Below are positions 8,099 to 16,370 of a stretch of DNA of 64,000 nt, piece after piece; within the stretch, counting starts at the first letter, position 1; each line of letters begins with the position of its first letter. The stretch comes from a virus (Duplodnaviria > Caudoviricetes): positions 32,001-96,000 of the IMG/VR virus record IMGVR_UViG_3300037067_007633. One strand, 5' to 3'. Made by a program: the position numbers and the translations under genes. Under the pieces are notes generated by a model. It ran no database searches. It had not been told where the DNA came from and saw only the letters and a program-made list of their open reading frames with translations.

Positions 8099-8404
8099 CT
8101 ATACTACTTGTGCGGAGAATTCGTAAAGTTTGTTTTTTAGTTCGTTTGCAAAGCAGGAAAGTCTTTCGTTCTCATCCTCAATGATATCGACAATTTGCCA
8201 AGCAATACTTTCGGGAATCTTGAAGGTGATATCGTGCATTCCCCACGCCCATTCTGTATCGCCTCCCCGTTGTCCTTCAAATTCCCAAGTGCAAAGCACT
8301 AGTAGGTTATATAAATCATTACCGTGTCGATAACGATTTCCAATCCAGTTGATCGCTTTTTGTTCGGTAATGGTAAGGGTAAGGGTATACATTTTCATGA
8401 CCAA
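8099..8404 (-). CDS. Hypothetical protein (start uncertain, 8392-8404)
   Basis: About 100-aa ORF within a cassette unit. Confidence 0.7.
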   Translation of the reverse strand: MVMKMYTLTLTITEQKAINWIGNRYRHGNDLYNLLVLCTWEFEGQRGGDTEWAWGMHDITFKIPESIAWQIVDIIEDENERLSCFANELKNKLYEFSAQVV

Positions 8405-8625
8405 ACTGTAATGTCGTAATCGACATCCTTTTCAGAAGACATAGAGTAAAATCGCAATACGTACCCATAAGCAGTACATAAACCACATAGTCGGCGATAT
8501 CTTTCTTCCCCCAAATAATCCCTTTCGGATTCTTCAAACTCGCATTTTTCCACAAGAGTTATCATTGTGAGAGGTGGTTGTTTGCATTTAGGATCATACT
8601 TTTGGATGCGGCAGGTTTTTCTCAT
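8395..8625 (-). CDS. Hypothetical protein
   Basis: 76-aa ORF, first after a promoter, ATGA overlap with the next gene. Confidence 0.6.
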   Translation of the reverse strand: MRKTCRIQKYDPKCKQPPLTMITLVEKCEFEESERDYLGEERYRRLCGLCTAYGYVLRFYSMSSEKDVDYDITVWS

Positions 8626-8666
8626 GATTTTATCTCTTTGTTTTGTGGTTTGTTGTCACTAACAGT

Positions 8667-8772
8667 ATTATCGGATATTTTTTCAAATAGTCAACAACAA
8701 TTTTTCGACGTTAGTCGAACCCCACTTACCTCTAGCGGGGTAAATAATGAGAAAAGGGGGATTTCTCCCCTA
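8667..8772. repeat. Promoter plus element plus terminator
   Basis: attatc at 8667, agtcaa at 8689, ttcgac-GTTA-gtcgaa, ccccacttacc, agggggatttctccccct. Confidence 0.9.
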
Positions 8773-8776
8773 ATCT

Positions 8777-8965
8777 CTATTCCCAATAAATTCCCCCTAA
8801 AGCCCCTCTAACCTTAACCAAACCGCAATCTCTCATAATACTATCCCTAGATTGTCGGTTAGCATTCTGACGGTCAAGGCGGATACGTTTTTTTTGGCAG
8901 ACCTTACAAGGGGTTTCCTCATATCGGCATTTATCACAACGGATTTCTTTGCGGTTAGCCATCAT
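8777..8965 (-). CDS. Small Zn-finger basic protein
   Basis: CDKC...CKVC and C-terminal GLVKVRGALGGIYWE; start probably MMANRK. Confidence 0.6.
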   Translation of the reverse strand: MMANRKEIRCDKCRYEETPCKVCQKKRIRLDRQNANRQSRDSIMRDCGLVKVRGALGGIYWE

Positions 8966-8973
8966 TTTCCCAT

Positions 8974-9255
8974 TTAAGTTAGGTATCCCACCATTTCCCA
9001 TCTTCCACTGCCCATTCTATACCATGTATAGTATAGACGGGTATTTAACTCTACTCCAAAACGCTCTAATCGCTGAATAGACCTACCCTCATCATTGTAG
9101 CAACACACTGGCTCAACGGCAAAGGTAATGTCTACTTCTAGGAGGATACTCTGCACGCGACTGAGATAGTCTTGCGGGCTATTGTAATACCCCCCACTTG
9201 ACAATCTGGCGATTTCTTCCCTCATACAATCCCTAGATCCCACTTGATTCGTCAT
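8974..9255 (-). CDS. Hypothetical protein
   Basis: 93-aa ORF ending WYRMGSGRWEMVGYLT. Confidence 0.7.
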   Translation of the reverse strand: MTNQVGSRDCMREEIARLSSGGYYNSPQDYLSRVQSILLEVDITFAVEPVCCYNDEGRSIQRLERFGVELNTRLYYTWYRMGSGRWEMVGYLT

Positions 9256-9288
9256 TATGTTTCCCCTTGTGTTCGATTCACTAACTAT

Positions 9289-9376
9289 ATTGTCGGCTAT
9301 ATTTCGTAGAAGTCAATATGTTTTCCTTCCTATTTATTTCGCAAAGCGAAACCCCACATACCTCTAACGAGGTATG
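9289..9376. repeat. Promoter plus element
   Basis: attgtc at 9289, agtcaa at 9311, tttcgc-AAA-gcgaaa, ccccacat, catacctc-taac-gaggtatg. Confidence 0.9.
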
Positions 9377-9515
9377 AAATATGGAATTAGAGTATCCCCC
9401 AGTTAGGTATGTCAGGAAAAAATAATTAAAGAGACGTTATAGCGTCTATATTGTCGCCCTAATGACAGTTACAAGCGTTTTTTGAAAATTTCCATTGAAT
9501 CATAGGGGTTTTACC

Positions 9516-10055
9516 CTACTCTGGAATGTATCCAACCTTAATGGGAGCCCCCATAACCTGGGGACCAACCGGACTACCCAAAGTAGCCCTTAGCTCATCC
9601 CCCATTTTCCCTACTACTTCAATGGCTTGGAGGATTTCATCCCGTTCTTTCGGGTTAGCTAACCTAATCCACCCCTCAGAGAAGGTAATCTTTCCCGCCC
9701 GAACGAAAGCCCCCACAAAAGCGGTATCAACCTTTTTGGGGGTGATTTTGTCGTAGACCCTCTTCTTACGGGTTTTGCGACCCCCTACCCTTATCCCCGC
9801 TAGGGCATATAACCTTTTCAGGGCATCTTTATCCCCTTCTAGCGAAGCTAACACCTGTTCTTGTCTACTGTGTAGACAATTCTTAACCCCAATTCCCCTA
9901 CCATTTTCGGGGGAATGGTCGTTGTGGCTTGACAGCCTAATTTGAGGTTGTACCCCATAAACCCCCTCCAAAGAAGAGAGTTTGGACGAATCCCCGTTAT
10001 CAACCTTTGGGGACGGGGTGTCAGTATACGGGTTGTCGATGCGGCAAATAGGCAT
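9516..10055 (-). CDS. Hypothetical protein
   Basis: 179-aa ORF with AAGGGA upstream. Confidence 0.65.
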   Translation of the reverse strand: MPICRIDNPYTDTPSPKVDNGDSSKLSSLEGVYGVQPQIRLSSHNDHSPENGRGIGVKNCLHSRQEQVLASLEGDKDALKRLYALAGIRVGGRKTRKKRVYDKITPKKVDTAFVGAFVRAGKITFSEGWIRLANPKERDEILQAIEVVGKMGDELRATLGSPVGPQVMGAPIKVGYIPE

Positions 10056-10070
10056 TGTTTTTCCCTTAGG

Positions 10071-10083
10071 TTGGCGTAGCCAA
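10071..10083. repeat. Isolated mini-hairpin ttggc-GTA-gccaa
   Basis: Intergenic; same form as hairpin 1 of the element, but no core. Confidence 0.65.
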
Positions 10084-10088
10084 GCTAA

Positions 10089-10364
10089 TTAGATTGTACT
10101 TGCAAGGTATTCGTATACTTCTTTAGTGACCTTGGTAACCGATCCCCACCCCTCGATTTCATACAGGGCAACCTTTTGATCTGGTCCCCCAAACGGACCA
10201 ACACCGTTAGATCCCACGTATCCAGTCGTCTTGCGAATTACACTTGGTAGTATGATCTGACCAGACTTGTCGAGTGCCGTAAAAACAGCACTATAGACGC
10301 CAGACCTAATCAAACGTTTTGTAGCACGATACAGCTTACCGGAAATAGTAACGGTGTGAGACAT
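10089..10364 (-). CDS. Hypothetical protein (start probably MSHTV)
   Basis: AGGGA SD; promoter TTGCTC-N16-TACAAT at 10389-10416. Confidence 0.65.
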   Translation of the reverse strand: MSHTVTISGKLYRATKRLIRSGVYSAVFTALDKSGQIILPSVIRKTTGYVGSNGVGPFGGPDQKVALYEIEGWGSVTKVTKEVYEYLASTI

Positions 10365-10423
10365 TTTGTTTTCCCTAGTCAAAAGTGTATTGTAACCTAT
10401 TTTTTGCAAAGAGCAACCACAAA

Positions 10424-10437
10424 TTGGCGTTAGCCAA
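10424..10437. repeat. Mini-hairpin ttggc-GTTA-gccaa upstream of a promoter
   Basis: Same architecture as hairpin 1; core truncated. Confidence 0.7.
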
Positions 10438-10842
10438 CTACTTTGTCCGACCCCCCAACCTTCCGGTTTTCACACAGAATTCAGCGGGGGCTCTGCTAGA
10501 TCGCGGTCCCCTTCCTAGTGAGGGGTTCGACTTGACCAGACCCTCAAACAGGGTGTCATCCACTAGTTCTCCGTTAGAGAACGGGGAAGGGATAGACTCG
10601 TCCTCATCCTCTAGGTTGTGGTTAATTGCTACCCTCTCGTAGTACGCTTTGAGGCGGTCAATCCGCCCCTCTTCCTTGGGGACACAAGCATACTTGTGAC
10701 CCCTATTAGGGCACCCGGTGGTGTGCCCTACCGATCCCTCAATAGTATCCTCTTGTCCGGGTTTCCCCCCACCCTCTTCAGGGGTTAGGTAGACGACACG
10801 GACGACCTCGAAACAGTCTGACGGCAAGTGTAAGTCTAACAC
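10438..10842 (-). CDS. Hypothetical protein
   Basis: 134-aa ORF, GTG start with AAGGAG. Confidence 0.55.
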   Translation of the reverse strand: MLDLHLPSDCFEVVRVVYLTPEEGGGKPGQEDTIEGSVGHTTGCPNRGHKYACVPKEEGRIDRLKAYYERVAINHNLEDEDESIPSPFSNGELVDDTLFEGLVKSNPSLGRGPRSSRAPAEFCVKTGRLGGRTK

Positions 10843-10898
10843 TGGAGACTCCTTGTTGTGTTACAGGAAGAGAACAGTATACGGTATGCGGGACATAC

Positions 10899-11183
10899 TC
10901 AAACGTCATATCCACCATATTGGTGGACTACGATGTAATTGCGGGTACGGCGGACAATCACGGGTTTGCGATAGTGGAGTGTGCCAACAGTACCAGACAA
11001 CGAGGTTAGCTGATAGAGTGTAAACATCTGCCGTAAGCAATGCACTCGTTTGATCCAACTCTTACGGGGAAATAGTACTCTTCTCATGAAGCTTGAACCC
11101 AATTCCTTGTCTAACTCTACCACATCTTCCCTAACACCCGTAAACGAAACGTGTTTCTGAATACCTTTCATATCACACCCCAT
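10899..11183 (-). CDS. Hypothetical protein
   Basis: About 90-aa ORF at the upstream edge of the early region. Confidence 0.55.
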   Translation of the reverse strand: MGCDMKGIQKHVSFTGVREDVVELDKELGSSFMRRVLFPRKSWIKRVHCLRQMFTLYQLTSLSGTVGTLHYRKPVIVRRTRNYIVVHQYGGYDV

Positions 11184-11569
11184 AAGGTAAGAGAAGGATA
11201 GTTTTTCCCGATGTCCGAATCTTAGGAAAATGAAATAGTTGGGGCAACCCCCCGATTAGAAAATATATCAAAAGTGTCGGGAAAATGCGTGCCAACTATG
11301 ATTTTAGGTATGAGGTAGACAGTTAGTTTTTTGGATACTAAGTAGCCCCCATTAGTGGCAATCGGTATGTTTGGGGGATGAGGGGTTTGATGGGGTTAGT
11401 TATGGTAAGGGGGTTTTTCTAACCAAAAGTAAGTACCGCTATAGGTGCGGGAAATGGCGGGGGGATGAATTTATAGGATTGATATAACTAACTTTATAGA
11501 ACCCCCTTTGGTCATCCTTGTAGCTACAACTTTCTCTATTAGCTTACGTTGTGGTTGTTTGCTACTACA

Positions 11570-12034
11570 TTAGTTAAAGAATTCTTTTATATCTTCATAT
11601 AAATTTATCTTTGTATTATCTAATCCATTTTTATATGCTTTCAGAATTTTGTCTTCACAACTTTTATTTACGAAGTAAATAACATAATTAGTATAATTAA
11701 ATTGGGGGAATAATTGGGAAAAATAATTAAGTTGATTACCTATATTAACACTATTACTTAGATATATCCTATTCTTACAGCGTAGCTGTAACAAAAAAAT
11801 CCCACCAATTCCGTTCATTTGTTCTATTCTAACTTCCTTGATAGCCCCTATCTTCATCATTCCACATTTTCTAGCTAATCTTTTAATAGAGGATTCACTT
11901 AAATTAATTATTTTAGATAGTTGTTTAACAGACATATAGGGGAAATTTTCCCGAACCAGTTTTAAATCTTCCGGTTGAATTTGTCTTCTTTGTTTTCTAA
12001 CTTTACCATCTTTGCTTTGTTTGGGTCTTGACAT
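11570..12034 (-). CDS. HTH protein with a degenerate GIY-YIG-like C-terminus
   Basis: MSVKQLSKIINLSESSIKRLA HTH; GIFLLQ...RIYLSNSVNIGNQ; start probably MSRPK. Confidence 0.5.
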   Translation of the reverse strand: MSRPKQSKDGKVRKQRRQIQPEDLKLVRENFPYMSVKQLSKIINLSESSIKRLARKCGMMKIGAIKEVRIEQMNGIGGIFLLQLRCKNRIYLSNSVNIGNQLNYFSQLFPQFNYTNYVIYFVNKSCEDKILKAYKNGLDNTKINLYEDIKEFFN

Positions 12035-12056
12035 AATAATTTCCCATTTCATTATA

Positions 12057-12070
12057 TTGGCGATAGCCAA
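12057..12070. repeat. Mini-hairpin ttggc-GATA-gccaa next to a terminator-like stem
   Basis: Same form as hairpin 1. Confidence 0.6.
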
Positions 12071-12126
12071 CAAAAAAGGGCGGGACTTTTACATCCCACC
12101 CCCATCACCCTCTTTATTTTTTTTAA

Positions 12127-12426
12127 TTACTGGGGTTGTACGGCTGATTCTGGTGTCGGGACGGCAACAGCTTTAGCTGCTACTTTAGCGTCATGCTTAG
12201 CCTTAATAACTGCAACTTCTTCGGCGGTTAAAATTCGATTTGCACCGCGACCACGAGCCTTAACAATTCCTAATTGTGTGCGAATTGCACGTACACACTT
12301 AGCATTTACGGGATAACCCATCATAGTTGTTAATTCGGAAGCTATTACGTTATCACGCTTAGCTGCTGCATTTTCCATAACATAGTTAACTTCTTCTGGT
12401 TTGTATTCTTTCTTGACCTTTACCAT
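12127..12426 (-). CDS. HTH DNA-binding protein
   Basis: YKPEEVNYVMEN...DNVIASEL...VRAIRTQLGI; AAGGAG SD. Confidence 0.6.
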   Translation of the reverse strand: MVKVKKEYKPEEVNYVMENAAAKRDNVIASELTTMMGYPVNAKCVRAIRTQLGIVKARGRGANRILTAEEVAVIKAKHDAKVAAKAVAVPTPESAVQPQ

Positions 12427-12528
12427 TTCCCTAACTCCTTATACCTAATAAATTCTTTTTAGTAAAAACACCTATATAATATTGTATACGGGATTTTTAC
12501 AAAAAGTTTCTTAAAGAAGAAAAAAATA

Positions 12529-13110
12529 ATGAATTTACCATCTGGAATAACTGAAAACGATTTTTTACAAGTAATGGGGGCAATAACAAATTCCGTTAAG
12601 GATTCATATTCTTTTGGATATTATGACAGTGCGGATATTTCCCAAGAATGCTATATTTTTGCTATAGAAGCCCTACCAAAATATAATTGTGAAAGAGGAT
12701 CTTTGTTTACATTTTTAAATACACATATAAAGAATCGCTTATTAAATTTACGGAGAAATAAATTAATAAGGGTCCAATTACCATGTTTAGACTGTCATAT
12801 ATGTGTAACCGAAGAAGAAAGAAATAAGTGTAAAAAATATCTTAAATGGAAGCGGAGAAATGAACTTAAAAAAAACCTAATGGAATCTTTTGAATTAACA
12901 GATACAAATATTGATAATAAAGATCAAGATAGTTTATCGTTATTGCTAAATACGGAATTAATGTGTATAATTGATAGGAATCTTCCTATTAATTTGCGGA
13001 GTGATTATAGAAGAATTTTAGAAGGTAGTAAAATTTCTAAAAAAAGAAAAATGGCGGTTGTGAATATAATTATAAATATTTTAAGGAATAATCAATATGG
13101 CGGTGAATAA
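12529..13110 (+). CDS. Phage-encoded RNA polymerase sigma factor (sigma70 region 2), probable late sigma
   Basis: DISQECYIFAIEALPKYNCERGSLFTFLNTHIKNRLLNLRR. Confidence 0.8.
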   Translation: MNLPSGITENDFLQVMGAITNSVKDSYSFGYYDSADISQECYIFAIEALPKYNCERGSLFTFLNTHIKNRLLNLRRNKLIRVQLPCLDCHICVTEEERNKCKKYLKWKRRNELKKNLMESFELTDTNIDNKDQDSLSLLLNTELMCIIDRNLPINLRSDYRRILEGSKISKKRKMAVVNIIINILRNNQYGGE

Positions 13111-13894
13111 AGAACATCAAAAATATATTCTAGATAATTTGGATAAAATACCGGACGAACAAATAGCAAAAAATATTGGGAAAAGTCTTGAAGATATAAA
13201 ACTAGTAAGAATTCGTCAACCTGTTTTAAAAACATATAATGACACAGATTCTCTTGAACAATTACACGCAAAACATTATTGGAAAGAAGTAAAAAAAATA
13301 CTTTTGTCGGACGAAGTTGAATATTTTGAAAAAGAGTGGCTTCAACTAATGGCACAATTTTCTAATGCAGAAATTGTATATACAGATGAAATTCAAATTA
13401 AAGATTTGATAATGACGGAAATTTTCCTTATTAGAAATTTAAATAAAAGAAGAGATATAATTGCGGACCAAGTTATTTTAAGTAGAAATTTACACGAGGA
13501 AGAAAAAGTTGACAGTGAGCAACGCGATGACGCCCAAATAGCTATTTTAAGGCGGGAAATTTCCTCAATGGAGGTTGCCCTACAATCCCTTGATAAAAAT
13601 CAACAGGGTTATGAGGGAAGAAAAGACACGTTATTGAAGTCGTTGAAGGCTACTAGAGAAGCCCGATTAAAACAAATAGAAGATCGGGGAAAAAACTTTT
13701 TTGGTCTAATTAAATACTTAAATGATAGGGAAAATCGGGAAAAAGAAGGTCGATGGATGGATTTAATGGGAAAGTCAACGGACAAATCTTACGAAGAACT
13801 TACGCAAAGTGTTCAATACGAAGATGGTTCTATAGATTGTCCAATATTAGATCCAGAAATGATTTCTAAAGAAACAGAGGAAAATAAGGAATAA
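13097..13894 (+). CDS. HTH plus coiled-coil protein, possible terminase small subunit
   Basis: N-terminal HTH, helical body, position upstream of TerL. Confidence 0.4.
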   Translation: MAVNKEHQKYILDNLDKIPDEQIAKNIGKSLEDIKLVRIRQPVLKTYNDTDSLEQLHAKHYWKEVKKILLSDEVEYFEKEWLQLMAQFSNAEIVYTDEIQIKDLIMTEIFLIRNLNKRRDIIADQVILSRNLHEEEKVDSEQRDDAQIAILRREISSMEVALQSLDKNQQGYEGRKDTLLKSLKATREARLKQIEDRGKNFFGLIKYLNDRENREKEGRWMDLMGKSTDKSYEELTQSVQYEDGSIDCPILDPEMISKETEENKE

Positions 13895-13897
13895 AAA

Positions 13898-15907
13898 ATG
13901 GAAAAACAAAAAACAGCTTTAATCACAGGAATTACTGGACAAGATGGTAGTTTTTTGGCAGAACAGCTTTTAGAAAAAGATTACAAGGTCATAGGTTTAA
14001 TTCGTAGGTCAAGTACAAACAACACCACTAATATTTCTTCCCTATTAAATGATAAAAACTTAGTATTAGTACACGGTGATCTTACAGATTACATCTCTAT
14101 TAATAGGATATTTAGGGAAAATAAGATTGACGAATGTTATAATATGGCGGCACAGTCCCACGTTTTTATTTCTTTTAATCAACCACAATATACTACCGAA
14201 GTTAACTATTTAGGTGTAATGAATATATTAGATAATATACAAAGATATTCACCATGGACTAAGCTTTATCATGCCAGTAGTTCGGAAATGTTTGGAAATA
14301 ATTGTTCTGAAACCATTTCCAATATTAAATATCAGGATGAAAATACCCCATTTTCTCCACAATCCCCATATGGAATTAGTAAAGTAGCGGCTCATCATTT
14401 ATGTCAGTTATATAGGAAAACTTATGGATTATTTATTTGTTGTGGAATACTTTTTAATCACGAATCAATACCAGCACATAGTCCAATTTTAATTAAAAAA
14501 GATAATTTAATAGATATCATACCAATTGAAGATGTATTTAAATCAGAACATCATCGTTATGAAGGAATTTTGGATAAATATAAAAATATTGAAATTTGGG
14601 ATGGTAATATTTGGACAAAAGTAGTTAGCGGTACAGCGTATAAAGATGATACAAAATCATTAATAGGAATTCAAACAAGAAGATCTTTTTATGAAGCAAC
14701 TAAAGAACATATTGCTTTTGATAAAGACGAAAATGAAATAGAAACACAAAACTGGAAAATTGGAAATATAGTAAGTGATACAAAATTTCCTATTAATAAT
14801 AGTAATGTAGAATTAGATGAAATTTTAGCAAAATTTATAGGATATCTTGTTGGAGACGGATATATTTCAGAAGACGGTAAAATAAGAATAACTGGAAATA
14901 ATTTAGAACAATTACATGAAATTATTAAATTAGTAAGTATTCCATATTGTTGGACTTATAGAGAATATAAGTCTAATGGAGGTTTTAAGAAAAAGAAACA
15001 GGTTTATAATATTGATTTAAATAACGATGGAAATTTTGGTAAATGGATTAGATCTAATATTTATACAAAATCTAAATTTAAAAAAGTTCCGCAGTTTATT
15101 TTAAATTCTTCTATTAAAATACAAAAAGCGTTCTTTGATGGGTATTATTTAGCTAATGGTAGACAAGCTGGTCACGAACGATATTATTATAAGGGTTTTA
15201 CAACTAATTCAGCAGTATTATCAATGGGTATTAATTTCTTATTTAATAATATATTTAAGTGTGATAAAATTAAAACAAAGATGGATTTTAAGAATAATAA
15301 AAGATATTATTATACTCAATTTGGTAATCCTTTATTTTTAGGAAATAAAAGCAAAGAACAAAATGAAATTATTAAAATTACAAAATTAAATAATGACAGT
15401 GGGTGGTTTTATGATTTACAAACCGAATCTCAAAAATTTGTAGTTGGTCCAAATATTTTTAAAATACATAATAGCCCTCATCGTTCAGAAAATTTTGTTA
15501 CCCGTAAAATTACAAAATATGTTGCTAATTTAGCTATTAATAAAAGATCTGAAAAATTACATTTAGGAAATTTAGATGCTAGTAGAGATTGGGGTTATAG
15601 TCCTGCGTATATGGAAGTTATCCAAATTATGATGAATCAACTTCAAGCCGACGATTATGTTATTGGCAGTGGAGAAACTCATACAGTTAAAGAATTTTGT
15701 AAAAAGGCTTTTGCTTATATAGGTAGAAATTATAAAGATTATGTTAAAATTGACGCCAAACTATTTAGACCCGCAGAAGTTAATTATCTTTGTGCCAATA
15801 CTAGTAAAGCACAATTAAAATTAGGATGGAAATACAACTTAACATTCGATGAATTAATAAAAAAAATGATAGAGTACGATATAGAGAAATTAAAAAATAA
15901 TGGGTAA
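13898..15907 (+). CDS. gmd: GDP-mannose 4,6-dehydratase, intein-containing
   Basis: LITGITGQDGSFLA, AAQSHV, SPYGISK, GILFNHE|SP, FVTRKIT, LGNLDASRDWG, FRPAEV. Confidence 0.95.
   Translation: MEKQKTALITGITGQDGSFLAEQLLEKDYKVIGLIRRSSTNNTTNISSLLNDKNLVLVHGDLTDYISINRIFRENKIDECYNMAAQSHVFISFNQPQYTTEVNYLGVMNILDNIQRYSPWTKLYHASSSEMFGNNCSETISNIKYQDENTPFSPQSPYGISKVAAHHLCQLYRKTYGLFICCGILFNHESIPAHSPILIKKDNLIDIIPIEDVFKSEHHRYEGILDKYKNIEIWDGNIWTKVVSGTAYKDDTKSLIGIQTRRSFYEATKEHIAFDKDENEIETQNWKIGNIVSDTKFPINNSNVELDEILAKFIGYLVGDGYISEDGKIRITGNNLEQLHEIIKLVSIPYCWTYREYKSNGGFKKKKQVYNIDLNNDGNFGKWIRSNIYTKSKFKKVPQFILNSSIKIQKAFFDGYYLANGRQAGHERYYYKGFTTNSAVLSMGINFLFNNIFKCDKIKTKMDFKNNKRYYYTQFGNPLFLGNKSKEQNEIIKITKLNNDSGWFYDLQTESQKFVVGPNIFKIHNSPHRSENFVTRKITKYVANLAINKRSEKLHLGNLDASRDWGYSPAYMEVIQIMMNQLQADDYVIGSGETHTVKEFCKKAFAYIGRNYKDYVKIDAKLFRPAEVNYLCANTSKAQLKLGWKYNLTFDELIKKMIEYDIEKLKNNG
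14465..15472 (+). mobile_element. Intein with LAGLIDADG endonuclease in gmd (336 aa)
   Basis: Starts SIPAHS, ends IHN followed by Ser; motifs FIGYLVGDG and FFDGYYLANG. Confidence 0.9.
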
Positions 15908-16370
15908 ATATTTAATCTTAAAGGATACTCGCGAGAAAGAGAAAAAGGGATGGATTTTTAAAACCGACAGATCTTGTGCGGGCACCGAAGTACAAAAATT
16001 AGATACTGGCGATTATACTATTGCTGGTTTTGAAAATATTTTATGTATTGAAAGAAAAGGAAGTGTTAGTGAGTTCGCACGTAATATAGTAGAAAAAAGA
16101 TTTGAAAAAGAATTAGACCGTATGGATGAATTTCCCTATTCATATATTCTTTTAGAATTTACCGAAGAAGACATTAATAATTTTCCAAAAGGATGTGGAA
16201 TTCCTCGTAGAGTTCAAAAATATGTTAGAATTAAACCAAAATTTATTTATTATAGAATAAAAGAAATAATGGAGCAACATAAAGTAAAAATTATCTTGTG
16301 TGGAGATAATGGAAAACAAATAGCACAAGAAATTTTTGATTTTGTATTAAACGATGTTAAATCTAGATAA
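15900..16370 (+). CDS. ERCC4-domain nuclease
   Basis: DTREK, LDTGDY and IERKG motifs. Confidence 0.85.
   Translation: MGKYLILKDTREKEKKGWIFKTDRSCAGTEVQKLDTGDYTIAGFENILCIERKGSVSEFARNIVEKRFEKELDRMDEFPYSYILLEFTEEDINNFPKGCGIPRRVQKYVRIKPKFIYYRIKEIMEQHKVKIILCGDNGKQIAQEIFDFVLNDVKSR

Noticed and set aside
8319-8555. Alternative-frame minus ORF
   Set aside because: Overlaps two coupled ORFs (8395-8625 and 8099-8404) that tile the unit better.
53-9376. CRISPR array interpretation of the AACCCCACAT repeats
   Set aside because: Spacing is gene-sized and irregular, the repeats vary, and there are no cas genes in the window.
1978-10642. Plus-strand ORFs in the early region (e.g. 2749-3264, 5238-5708, 6818-7132)
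   Set aside because: They are antisense shadows of minus-strand genes that have SD, promoter and terminator support.
53-12070. Classical integron attC sites
   Set aside because: No RYYYAAC/GTTRRRY pair enclosing a long imperfect palindrome, no integrase seen, and the units carry their own promoters.
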